DNA of 37,163 nucleotides from Candidatus Njordarchaeota archaeon. GTDB lineage: Archaea; Asgardarchaeota; Njordarchaeia; Njordarchaeales; JAHKLH01. This document shows positions 9,180 through 17,382 of the stretch, piece by piece (the first letter of the stretch is position 1; each line of letters opens with the position of its first letter). Where the stretch lies: positions 1-37,163 of the forward strand of contig JAHKLH010000001.1 in NCBI GenBank assembly GCA_029856635.1, given 5' to 3'. The notes beneath the pieces were generated by a model. It made no database searches, had not been told where the DNA came from, and was given only the letters and a program-made list of their open reading frames with translations. Position numbers and translations under genes: made by a program.

Positions 9180-10087
9180 ATAAAAAAGAATCTAAAAAAG
9201 AACTTATTTATTTTAAAGTAGATGCTGGACGCTATTTTGATAAGAAAGATTTTCTATCCTGGATTAATAAGCGTGTAACTAAAACAATTTCGTATTTTGA
9301 TATGTTTGAATATAATTCTAGAATCCTAATTGCAGTTAATGGAGATGTAAGAAGTGTGGTTTTGCTTTATTTACTGAGCAAGATAGAAAAGAAATTTCCC
9401 AGGGCAAAGATGGCTATAGCTTACATTGATGAGGGAATCTCGGGGTACAGTGATAGGAAGCTTAGCATTGTTAAGAAATTAGCGACAAAATTTGATTTAC
9501 CTCTTCATGTTGTACGATTTAAAGATTCGTTTGGATTCACTGTTGATACCCTTGCTAATCATTATGAAAATGTCTGTGAGATATGTAAAATCCTTAAAAG
9601 ATGGCTTCTAAATGACTTGGCATACAAGATTGGTTATGATAGAATTGCATTAGGACGGACTCTTGAAGACGTTGCTTTTGAAATTCTTATGTATTTCGTA
9701 AGAAATAAGCTGAATGCACTACTTATTTATCCATTCACACCAGAACGTCTACATAAGAAACTTGTTCCAATTGTGAAACCATTGATGTTTTTAAAGAAAA
9801 AGGAGATTATCCTTTTCGCACATCTTCAAAATTTGCCTTTTAGTACTAGTATTTGCCCCTATTTTCTCAAAAGTATGGAAAAACAAATATTGCAAGAGAT
9901 GTATCGTTTAGAAGAGAAATATCCTGGAATGTTATTTGGATTACTCAATTTTGCTCAATCTTTCTTTGTGAACACAAAAGAAAAACCAATTCTTCGTGAA
10001 TGTAAAATTTGTGGGTACCCATCATCTGATACGCTATGTGAAGCTCATCAGTTGCTTGAACATATAAGGACTTTAATGCAATACTAA
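9164..10087 (+). CDS. TtuA/Ncs6-family tRNA thiolase paralog with a degenerate PP-loop
   Basis: It is collinear with archaeal TtuA: IDEGISGYS, PLHVVRFKD, CEICKILKRWLLN, ICPYF and the C-terminal ECKICGYPSSDTLCEAH. The ATP PP-loop SGGKDS is replaced by NGDVRS, and the N-terminal Zn-finger cysteines are absent. The GTG start overlaps infB by 16 nt. Confidence 0.65.
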   Translation: MVGPLNKKESKKELIYFKVDAGRYFDKKDFLSWINKRVTKTISYFDMFEYNSRILIAVNGDVRSVVLLYLLSKIEKKFPRAKMAIAYIDEGISGYSDRKLSIVKKLATKFDLPLHVVRFKDSFGFTVDTLANHYENVCEICKILKRWLLNDLAYKIGYDRIALGRTLEDVAFEILMYFVRNKLNALLIYPFTPERLHKKLVPIVKPLMFLKKKEIILFAHLQNLPFSTSICPYFLKSMEKQILQEMYRLEEKYPGMLFGLLNFAQSFFVNTKEKPILRECKICGYPSSDTLCEAHQLLEHIRTLMQY

Positions 10088-11653
10088 TGTAATCGCCTTG
10101 TTCTTGCATAGTTGTTCACATAGTCCACAACCAATACACAGATTTTCATCTATTATTAAATGCTCGTTTTCTATAACAATTGCAGGACATCTTGTTAGAA
10201 TTGCACATTCCATGCACATATTACAATTAGGTAAAATTTTTGCTACAGATTCTTCTACCCTTCTTGTTGGACATGTAGCTAGTGCAAAATATACGCCTTT
10301 TTTCATCATAATTTCTTCCAGTGAACTAAAATCGTATGGATTAATCGGCTTGAGTAAAGGGATTTCATTAGATAATAGCTCATATAAGTTTTGTGTAGTT
10401 TCTTCAATCTCTAGTTTCGGAATATATACTATAGTTGGACACTTCCCTTCCTTAAAGGAACCAAGAAGAGATTGAATAGAGTTAGTAACAAATACTTCCG
10501 CATCTTCTTCACCTTGTAATAATTCTCTTGAAAGCAACTCGTGGATTACAGAACAGTCGCAGTCTGTTGTAATTCTCACACCCTTCTTTTTTGACATGAG
10601 ATATAATGCAATTACTGGGCATCCTGGACAAAATGATGATAAAGTTCGCAATTGTTCAATTTTCGTATTTATTTCGCTTAATTTAACTCCAAAAAAATTT
10701 TCTACAGTCGTGGTTATTCGTCTTTGTAGATAAGATTCGTCCAAAGATGATATTTCATGAAACTCAATATATGGCATATCAGAAATTTCTCCTTCTTTAA
10801 TCATCCTATTCAGTATTTTAATTACTTGCATTCCAACTAAGGCAGTACCAAATTCAAAGATTGCAATCTTAGCGGCCTTCTTGAGAAATTCGTAAATTTT
10901 GTCTGATATTAATGGATAAACAAGAAGAGGACGAATAATGTATGCGTTTCTAATGAGTTTATTACGTGATACTATTTTTAGTATGTAATTCATGCATATC
11001 CCGGTGGCGATAATCAGAGAAAGCGTTTTTTCTGATTTTACCTCTTTAGGAAATACTATATCAAATTTTGAAAATTCGCTTTTATATTTTTCGAGTATCT
11101 CTAGTAAAGTAGATGGCTCTTTTTCTTTAGATTGTTCTGAACCAAAAATCTCTTGTGTGATTGTTTCAATAGTGTATTTTTCGGCTTCATCATATTCTTC
11201 CATACTTGTTAAGAATATCGAGGGAATTCTAATGGCTACAGGAATAGAGAATTTGTTTGAAATGGCTGCAGAAATTGCTAGTGTGCGATACATTTCTCCT
11301 ATATAAGATGATTCAAGAATCGGAATTCCCAGAAACTTGAGGAAACTTCTGGAATCTATCCCATCTTTATCGATGCTTAATATTACTAATTGTTTTTTCT
11401 CTCTTACGAATTCTTGTAAAACCTCGCTGGCAATAAGCAGTCCTTGAAGATCTGTTAGCAATAGAGCTTTAGATCCCATAATCTCTTTTAGTTTAATTGG
11501 CAGTTGATAATTAAAAACAAAAAACGCTTTTTCATATGGACTTAGGACTTCGGAGAACTTTGCGTTTCTAATTACTGTCTTGTCAATTATAATATAATCA
11601 AACTTCAGATCAATCAAAGCTTTGTAAATGTGCTGAGCCAAAGTAAATAACAT
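10073..11653 (-). CDS. indolepyruvate:ferredoxin oxidoreductase alpha subunit-like protein (highly divergent)
   Basis: FCPGCPVIALY is followed by TTDCDCS (compare CPGCPH...DIGCY in IorA). The C-terminal double ferredoxin motif is CNMCMECAILTRCP / CIGCGLCEQLCKNKAI. I could not find the YPGTP or GDSTF-type TPP motifs. Confidence 0.5.
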   Translation of the reverse strand: MLFTLAQHIYKALIDLKFDYIIIDKTVIRNAKFSEVLSPYEKAFFVFNYQLPIKLKEIMGSKALLLTDLQGLLIASEVLQEFVREKKQLVILSIDKDGIDSRSFLKFLGIPILESSYIGEMYRTLAISAAISNKFSIPVAIRIPSIFLTSMEEYDEAEKYTIETITQEIFGSEQSKEKEPSTLLEILEKYKSEFSKFDIVFPKEVKSEKTLSLIIATGICMNYILKIVSRNKLIRNAYIIRPLLVYPLISDKIYEFLKKAAKIAIFEFGTALVGMQVIKILNRMIKEGEISDMPYIEFHEISSLDESYLQRRITTTVENFFGVKLSEINTKIEQLRTLSSFCPGCPVIALYLMSKKKGVRITTDCDCSVIHELLSRELLQGEEDAEVFVTNSIQSLLGSFKEGKCPTIVYIPKLEIEETTQNLYELLSNEIPLLKPINPYDFSSLEEIMMKKGVYFALATCPTRRVEESVAKILPNCNMCMECAILTRCPAIVIENEHLIIDENLCIGCGLCEQLCKNKAITLVLH

Positions 11654-11691
11654 CAGTTATCCCTAATAAAATTACAAAGTTGAGTTTTCAA

Positions 11692-12555
11692 TCACTCCCC
11701 AAGAATTTTACATGAGTTCTCTTGCACAAGGAATGTGCGTTCTTTTTGAACAACGAGATATTTAACAATCAGAGGTGGATAAAAATTCACGTTTCCTTTC
11801 CTTAATAAGACTATAAGCGATTTCCTTTCTTTCTCAGGAATCCAACGTAAGGCGAAGGGTAATGTCCTTCGTTTATTCCACATCTGTTTCCAGAAGGGCT
11901 CGTTCACAACCTTCTTAAGTGAAAAGATTCCCGTTCCTTTAAAATCTGGCACTGTTTCAGTATCTCGTGATGACAAAACAAGAAATGGTTCAATAGCTAT
12001 AATCATCCCTGTTCTTAATTTAGTGCGAGAACTACTGGGTATGTTTGGAATAGAAACTCCAGCATGAAGTTTCCAGCGTTCTATCTGATGTCCACAAAGG
12101 TCTTGTACTACTCCAAATCCGGAACCATGTGCATAATTCCAAATGAATTCACCTATTTTGGATACTCGTACACCATCTTTTATAATATCCAATAGTTCTT
12201 CGAATATTTCATTAAGAATACAAACAGCCATCTGAGCCTTTTTATGTGGTGTTCCGATGATTATTGTTTCTGCAACATCAGCTATTGCCCCATTTACATG
12301 AACTCCAACGTCTATTTTAACTACAGCATCTGTTGGAACCTTCGTATCATCGTCAGGAAGTGCAGTATAGTGTGCCGCAATGTTATTTATGCTTATATTT
12401 AACGGAAACGCAGGCTCTCCGCCCTCCTCTTTAATAAACATTTCAATTTTTTCGCAAATTTCTAGGACAGGTACATTTTTCTTTACAAGAGTTTTTGCGT
12501 ACTTTAGTGCTTCTAGCGCAATTCTTCCTGCTTCTTCAAAATCATTTCTACTCAT
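11692..12555 (-). CDS. map: methionine aminopeptidase, type 2 (archaeal)
   Basis: Pita-bread metal-ligand blocks are present: AHYT, KIDVGVHVNGAIAD, CGHQIERWKLHAG and IIAIEPF. The C-terminal winged-helix-like extension is typical of archaeal MetAP2. Confidence 0.85.
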   Translation of the reverse strand: MSRNDFEEAGRIALEALKYAKTLVKKNVPVLEICEKIEMFIKEEGGEPAFPLNISINNIAAHYTALPDDDTKVPTDAVVKIDVGVHVNGAIADVAETIIIGTPHKKAQMAVCILNEIFEELLDIIKDGVRVSKIGEFIWNYAHGSGFGVVQDLCGHQIERWKLHAGVSIPNIPSSSRTKLRTGMIIAIEPFLVLSSRDTETVPDFKGTGIFSLKKVVNEPFWKQMWNKRRTLPFALRWIPEKERKSLIVLLRKGNVNFYPPLIVKYLVVQKERTFLVQENSCKILGE

Positions 12556-13534
12556 TTTTCAACCTCATCAAACAAGTTATAAACGTAACCAGAAAGAATA
12601 TGGTGGTGATTAAAATGAAAATGCTTTCGAATTTTGTAAAAAATGCCACTAAATTCTCTATCAATGTTTCTGGTACTAAATGCGGAATTAAATGTGAAAA
12701 ATGCGGCCATAATATGGGAACTTTCCTAAGAAATTCAAATATGAGTATTATTGAAAACAGAAATACTGAACGCTTACCAACTTTAAGTTCCAATTTTTTC
12801 ACTTTTCGAATCAGAAATTCTATTAAATACAGCACAAGAAGGTAAGATATTATACTTAGACTCCATGGAAAGATAACTATGAGAAGCAAGAAACATGCTC
12901 CAAGAACAATTTCAAGCACATAAATTTCCATTGTTGGTATCACAACGGTTGGATCTATAACCCTCGCCCCTTCGTAGATAAGCTTCGTAAATGATCCAAT
13001 ACTTATCGCTGCAGCAAAGCAAATGCTTACATTATATACAATGGGACATAATACCAAAAATGTTTGAAATATGTTGAATAAAATGCCGGAAAATAGCTTC
13101 GCATAGATTATTATAAAGACATAATAAGCGAAAGGTAAGAGAAGTAATAGGGTCGTTACAAAGAGTAACATTCCAATTCTTTTAAATCGCTGTGAAATTC
13201 TGTATGGCAAGTCAATTGTCAAAAAAAGCAACAATACAGGAGCAATTAATGGCAAAATGATAAGATATGTTAGAATAATTGCATTAACTAAATAGAAAAA
13301 CACGTGAAGAGGAGATAACCCCCTTATTTTTTCCAGGAAATCAATGTGAGCATTGACAAGTCTCTGAAAATTTACCATGTAGATAAGAATCAGTGGAAGA
13401 ACTAATGAAAAAGGTGCTAAAACAACTGAAAAAAATGAGCATTCTCCGAGTAAAAAGGGTATATAAATAATGAACCAAAAAACAAAAGAAATAAGTTCTA
13501 ACGTTACTAAAGCCATCACCTTCATTTCGTTCAT
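12548..13534 (-). CDS. polytopic integral membrane protein, unknown function
   Basis: 328 aa with about 8-9 hydrophobic segments and no recognisable motif. Its stop overlaps the map start by 8 nt. Confidence 0.5.
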   Translation of the reverse strand: MNEMKVMALVTLELISFVFWFIIYIPFLLGECSFFSVVLAPFSLVLPLILIYMVNFQRLVNAHIDFLEKIRGLSPLHVFFYLVNAIILTYLIILPLIAPVLLLFLTIDLPYRISQRFKRIGMLLFVTTLLLLLPFAYYVFIIIYAKLFSGILFNIFQTFLVLCPIVYNVSICFAAAISIGSFTKLIYEGARVIDPTVVIPTMEIYVLEIVLGACFLLLIVIFPWSLSIISYLLVLYLIEFLIRKVKKLELKVGKRSVFLFSIILIFEFLRKVPILWPHFSHLIPHLVPETLIENLVAFFTKFESIFILITTIFFLVTFITCLMRLKNE

Positions 13535-13602
13535 GTTATAACACTTTTATTTCAAATTATCTTTCAATAACTTAATGATTTTGATAAAGACAGGGAGTAA
13601 TA

Positions 13603-13917
13603 ATGAAACATTCACGCGGCCGAAGAGCAGGCACACGACAATTACTCAGAAAATCCCCCCGAGAAAAAGGATTCCCTCCGCCAATCTCTCGTATAATATG
13701 GCCATATAAAAATGGCGATTACGTAGCTATTGTAATTGATTCGAGCGTTCATAAGGGTATGCCTCATCCAAGATTTCATGGAAAAACAGGTGTTATCATT
13801 GGTCGCCAGGGACGTGCATTCATCGTAAGAATACGAGATGGAGGAATGTACAAAAAGATTTACGTTTTACCGGAACATTTGCGTCCAATAAAAGTTAAAA
13901 GTGGTCAGCAAAGTTGA
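13603..13917 (+). CDS. rpl21e: 50S ribosomal protein L21e
   Basis: MKHSRGRRAGTRQLLRK..., GDYVAIVIDSSVHKGMPHPRFHGKTGVI and LPEHLRP are the classic L21e signature. Confidence 0.9.
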   Translation: MKHSRGRRAGTRQLLRKSPREKGFPPPISRIIWPYKNGDYVAIVIDSSVHKGMPHPRFHGKTGVIIGRQGRAFIVRIRDGGMYKKIYVLPEHLRPIKVKSGQQS

Positions 13918-13936
13918 CTTATTTCCGTGACGTGAA

Positions 13937-14482
13937 ATGACAACAAGAACATTTGAAGATATTTGCAAGGATGCCTTAACAAAGATAAAGAAGGGAATAG
14001 AATCCCTGAAAAAAATAAGAGAATACCTCAAAAATCCAACAAAAATGACAGAAGTTGCTTTTGTTTCATTAGATTATGATGAAGTAAAAATAGACTCTGC
14101 CATATTCGAATATGATGAAGAAAATTTCGAGTGGATATTACATGCTTATCCCAAACGTCCAATTTCTTCAGAAGTATTCGAAATTATCCAAAAATTAAAG
14201 TTATTTCCGGGGCAATATGAAGTCAACATAGCTGGTGAAGAGAATATTCAAATGCTTATGGCCACGATTCTAGTTCCGAAGGAAAATTATCGAACATTTT
14301 TAACAATTGCAAAGATACGTTATCTCTCAAGATTACGCAAGGTATTTGCCAGATTATCGGACCCAGCCGTTCAGAAGAAATTATTACAACTCAAGAAGCA
14401 ATTGGAGGAGGCAGAGAAAAGGAAAGATAGAAAAACTATCGAAAGAACTGAAATGCTAATAGAGAGTTTGCTTTTAGAGTAA
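13937..14482 (+). CDS. hypothetical protein (helical N- and C-termini)
   Basis: 181-aa ORF starting 20 nt after rpl21e. I recognise no motif. The C-terminus is K/E/L-rich. Confidence 0.45.
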   Translation: MTTRTFEDICKDALTKIKKGIESLKKIREYLKNPTKMTEVAFVSLDYDEVKIDSAIFEYDEENFEWILHAYPKRPISSEVFEIIQKLKLFPGQYEVNIAGEENIQMLMATILVPKENYRTFLTIAKIRYLSRLRKVFARLSDPAVQKKLLQLKKQLEEAEKRKDRKTIERTEMLIESLLLE

Positions 14483-15904
14483 AGATTTTTCAATAGTTCT
14501 ATTCAATTTCTTTAGCTCTTCCACTATTTTCGATAATACTTTCATTTGTTCTTGCGTTAGCGATATAATTAACTGCTCAAGATGTGCTAAGACATTTGAA
14601 ACGTCAGAAAGTCCTTTTGATACGGTCTGAAGTTGATAAACGATTGATGTAACGATGTCGTAAATTGCTTGAACCAACTGTTGAACATTTTTTTGCCCAG
14701 TCATCATTGATTCAACGTGCTTAACCTCATCACTTAGACTCGCAATCCAATTTTGTAATGCACGTGTTGTCGCTAATAATGATTTCATGTTTGTTTCTAG
14801 TGAAATAAATGCATCAGATTTCATTACTTTCGAGAGCACATCAGAGACTTGACTCGCCTTATCGCAAAGATCCGAAATGACAGTATGTAATGATTTTGTG
14901 TCTATCTTCATTCGTTCTATTCCTGCAGAAAGGTCTTTCTTTACGGTTTTTATTTCTTCGATACTTTTCAGGAGAGCATTTACCTTGTCAAAGAGTCCTT
15001 CATATTTTGTGAGTTTTTCCTCAACAAATTTTCTAAGTGAGTTTATCTCCGCTTTAAATTCATCTTTAATCTTTTTAATTTCGGATAATATAATCGTCTT
15101 AAGATCGTCTGGCATCATCATAACTTCTTTTTCTAATACCTTCCTCTCCTTAGGCTCCTCTTCAGTACGAACAGTTGGCAATGTCTTTGGTAATGATGTG
15201 CTTTCTGCCTTTTCTTCTAATGATGTTTTAATATCGATTAATAAAGGGTGCTTCGGCATAGTTTTAATTATATCAGATAAGTCCACTTTTCTTGCATGTA
15301 GTGCCCATGAAAGTAATGAAAGAATAAAATTAGCATTATCTCCAAGCGCAATAACATCATCTGAGAACATCTCAGCTGAGCCGATAAATATTACTCTTCC
15401 ACTTCCATAAATTGAAGTAACTGCAAGAGGAAGAGGATTATTGATATCTGGGTTTCTAATGAGTATCCTTATGTAGTGCCTCTTTAGAACTCTTACAGAC
15501 GACGGTTTTATTAGATGCACTTCATTAATATTTCTGCATGCAGGATGACTTTTGTCGATCCATTGGTTCCCTTTGACGACAATATAATTATTTAAAATCT
15601 TGTTTGCCGGAAATATTCCAAACGTTTTTAGTAAATCATCAATATTTGAATTTCCCTCAGAATCACGCTGACAAAATACAAATAACGCTCCACCGCGCAA
15701 TACAAATCCTTTTATTTCCTTTATCTCCTTTGGAGAAAAAATCCAATTTTTCTTTGGAAATATGATAATTGCTGCACACTCACTGGGAGAAAAATCCTCT
15801 TTCACGATAGTTACAGAAAAACCCATTCGTTCACAAATTCTCTTCAGTATAGAGAATCTCTCCGCTCGTAAGGTGCTTCCTCGTAAATCGAAAAGAATCC
15901 TCAA
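14474..15904 (-). CDS. GldG/IFT52-type (GIFT/DUF4350-like) domain protein with a long C-terminal coiled coil
   Basis: 476 aa with a TTG start and no signal peptide or TM segment. The N-terminal blocks are ILFD, SPKEIKEIKGFVLRGGALFVF, SNIDDLLKTFGI and GSGRVIFIGSAEMFSDDVIALGDNANFILSLLSWAL. An acidic linker and about 250 aa of heptad-like sequence follow. Confidence 0.5.
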   Translation of the reverse strand: MRILFDLRGSTLRAERFSILKRICERMGFSVTIVKEDFSPSECAAIIIFPKKNWIFSPKEIKEIKGFVLRGGALFVFCQRDSEGNSNIDDLLKTFGIFPANKILNNYIVVKGNQWIDKSHPACRNINEVHLIKPSSVRVLKRHYIRILIRNPDINNPLPLAVTSIYGSGRVIFIGSAEMFSDDVIALGDNANFILSLLSWALHARKVDLSDIIKTMPKHPLLIDIKTSLEEKAESTSLPKTLPTVRTEEEPKERKVLEKEVMMMPDDLKTIILSEIKKIKDEFKAEINSLRKFVEEKLTKYEGLFDKVNALLKSIEEIKTVKKDLSAGIERMKIDTKSLHTVISDLCDKASQVSDVLSKVMKSDAFISLETNMKSLLATTRALQNWIASLSDEVKHVESMMTGQKNVQQLVQAIYDIVTSIVYQLQTVSKGLSDVSNVLAHLEQLIISLTQEQMKVLSKIVEELKKLNRTIEKSLL

Positions 15905-15969
15905 AAACGTACACCCGTAATCATAGAAATATTATGAATATATGATGTTTTTCGTAATTTAAAGATAAC

Positions 15970-17148
15970 ATGGAGATACCTATGGATATCAAAAAACAAC
16001 TTGAACTTATTACAATGCCCCCAACAGAAGAGATATTGACATTACGAGATTTAGAATTCTTCCTAGAACATGGAGTTCAATTACGGCACTACATTGGCTT
16101 TGAAATTAGTGGTTTCGTTCATCTCGGAACTGGACTAGTATGTGGACTTAAAATCGCACAACTTCAGAAAGCAAAAGCAAAAATTAAGGTATTTTTAGCA
16201 GATTATCACTCATGGATAAATGATAAATTAGGTGGTAACTTAGACGTAATCAGAAATGTTGCAAAGAAATATTTTGCTGAGGCCATGAAACTTTCAATTA
16301 AAGTCATGGGTGGTAATCCTAATGCTACAGAATTTATCTTAGCAAGTGAATTTTATGAAGAAAATCCAGAATATTGGGCTATCGTACTTGATGTGGCAAA
16401 GAATGTAACCCTTTCAAGAGTACGACGTGCAATTACCATCATGGGTAGAAAAGCAGGTGAAAAAATAGATTTTGCTAAACTTATTTACCCTTGCATGCAG
16501 GTTGCAGATATTTTTGCGTTGAATGTCAATTTACCACATGGTGGAATGGATCAAAGGAAAGCTCATGTAATCGCTCGAGAAATAGCAAAAAAGTTAAAGA
16601 AAAAACAACTAAAAGCAAGAATAGATTTCGAAGAACAGATAATCAAGCCCATCGCCTTACACCATTCTTTGCTGCCTGGATTAAAAATGAGTATGGCTCT
16701 CTATCACAGGATCATCGATGCAGAAAAGAAGGGAGAAAAAGATAAAATTAGGGATTTACTCATCGATGCCAAGATGAGCAAGTCTATTCCAGAAACTTGT
16801 ATCTTCATTCACGATACTGAAGAAGAAATTAAAAGAAAAATCAAAGCAGCGTTTTGTCCTCCAAGAGAAATAAAATGGAACCCTATAATAAGGATTGCGG
16901 AATTAATCATATTTCCATCAGACGGTAAGCTCCTTGTAGAGAGACCACAAAAATATGGTGGCTCCATAGAGTACGCATCATTTGATGCACTTAAGAAGGA
17001 TTTCATAGAAGGTAAATTACATCCCCTAGATCTCAAAAATGCGGTCGCAGAATGGCTTATTAAAAAACTCAAGCCAGTAAGAGATTACTTCAGTGGACCT
17101 GGAAAAAGCGCGATAGAAGAACTTCAACAATTACGAATAACGAGATAA
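15970..17148 (+). CDS. tyrS: tyrosyl-tRNA synthetase
   Basis: YIGFEISGFVHLGT is the HIGH region. GGMDQRKAHVIARE, KMSKS and LHPLDLKNAVAEWLIKKLKPVRDYF closely parallel archaeal TyrRS. Two insertions lie around the KMSKS loop. Confidence 0.85.
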   Translation: MEIPMDIKKQLELITMPPTEEILTLRDLEFFLEHGVQLRHYIGFEISGFVHLGTGLVCGLKIAQLQKAKAKIKVFLADYHSWINDKLGGNLDVIRNVAKKYFAEAMKLSIKVMGGNPNATEFILASEFYEENPEYWAIVLDVAKNVTLSRVRRAITIMGRKAGEKIDFAKLIYPCMQVADIFALNVNLPHGGMDQRKAHVIAREIAKKLKKKQLKARIDFEEQIIKPIALHHSLLPGLKMSMALYHRIIDAEKKGEKDKIRDLLIDAKMSKSIPETCIFIHDTEEEIKRKIKAAFCPPREIKWNPIIRIAELIIFPSDGKLLVERPQKYGGSIEYASFDALKKDFIEGKLHPLDLKNAVAEWLIKKLKPVRDYFSGPGKSAIEELQQLRITR

Positions 17149-17169
17149 GATTTGAAATCTGAAATTTAG

Positions 17170-17274
17170 TGCGCGGGGCGGGATTCGAACCCGCGTCACC
17201 GGCTTTCTTCGGATCCGCCCATGGTTTGAGCAAATGCTTGGGAGGCCGGCATCTTACCCCTCGACCACCCGCGC
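17170..17274 (-). tRNA. intron-containing tRNA, most likely tRNA-Gly(CCC) if spliced at the canonical 37/38 position
   Basis: The reverse complement starts GCGCGGG-TG-GTCGAGGGGTAAGAT-G-CCGGC-CTCCCA[A...34 nt...]A-GCCGG-TGAC-GCGGGTTCGAATCCCGC-CCCGCGC-A. It has a perfect 7-bp acceptor stem, a GTTCGAATC T-arm, a 5-bp GC anticodon stem and discriminator A. No CCA is encoded. The total of 105 nt leaves 71 nt after removing the intron. Confidence 0.8.
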
Positions 17275-17382
17275 AGAGTTTATTTCATTAAAGTTAAGGA
17301 AAAGAGACTTTTAAACTTTAATTTGCATTGGCTTATATTTTGGAATTTTTGAAAGAATATAGAGAAATCTTTATGCTACGAA

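Noticed and set aside
10098-11306. Plus-strand ORFs 10098-10475 and 10992-11306
   Set aside because: Both are antisense shadow ORFs inside the IorA-like gene.
14877-15410. 177-aa plus-strand ORF, Ser/Phe/Ile-rich, inside the coiled-coil gene
   Set aside because: It is a shadow ORF antisense to a K/E/L-rich coding region. Its composition is low-complexity, it has no motif, and it is nested entirely within a better-supported gene.
16491-17072. ORFs 16491-16745(+) and 16809-17072(-) within tyrS
   Set aside because: They are alternative-frame or antisense ORFs inside a confidently identified TyrRS gene.
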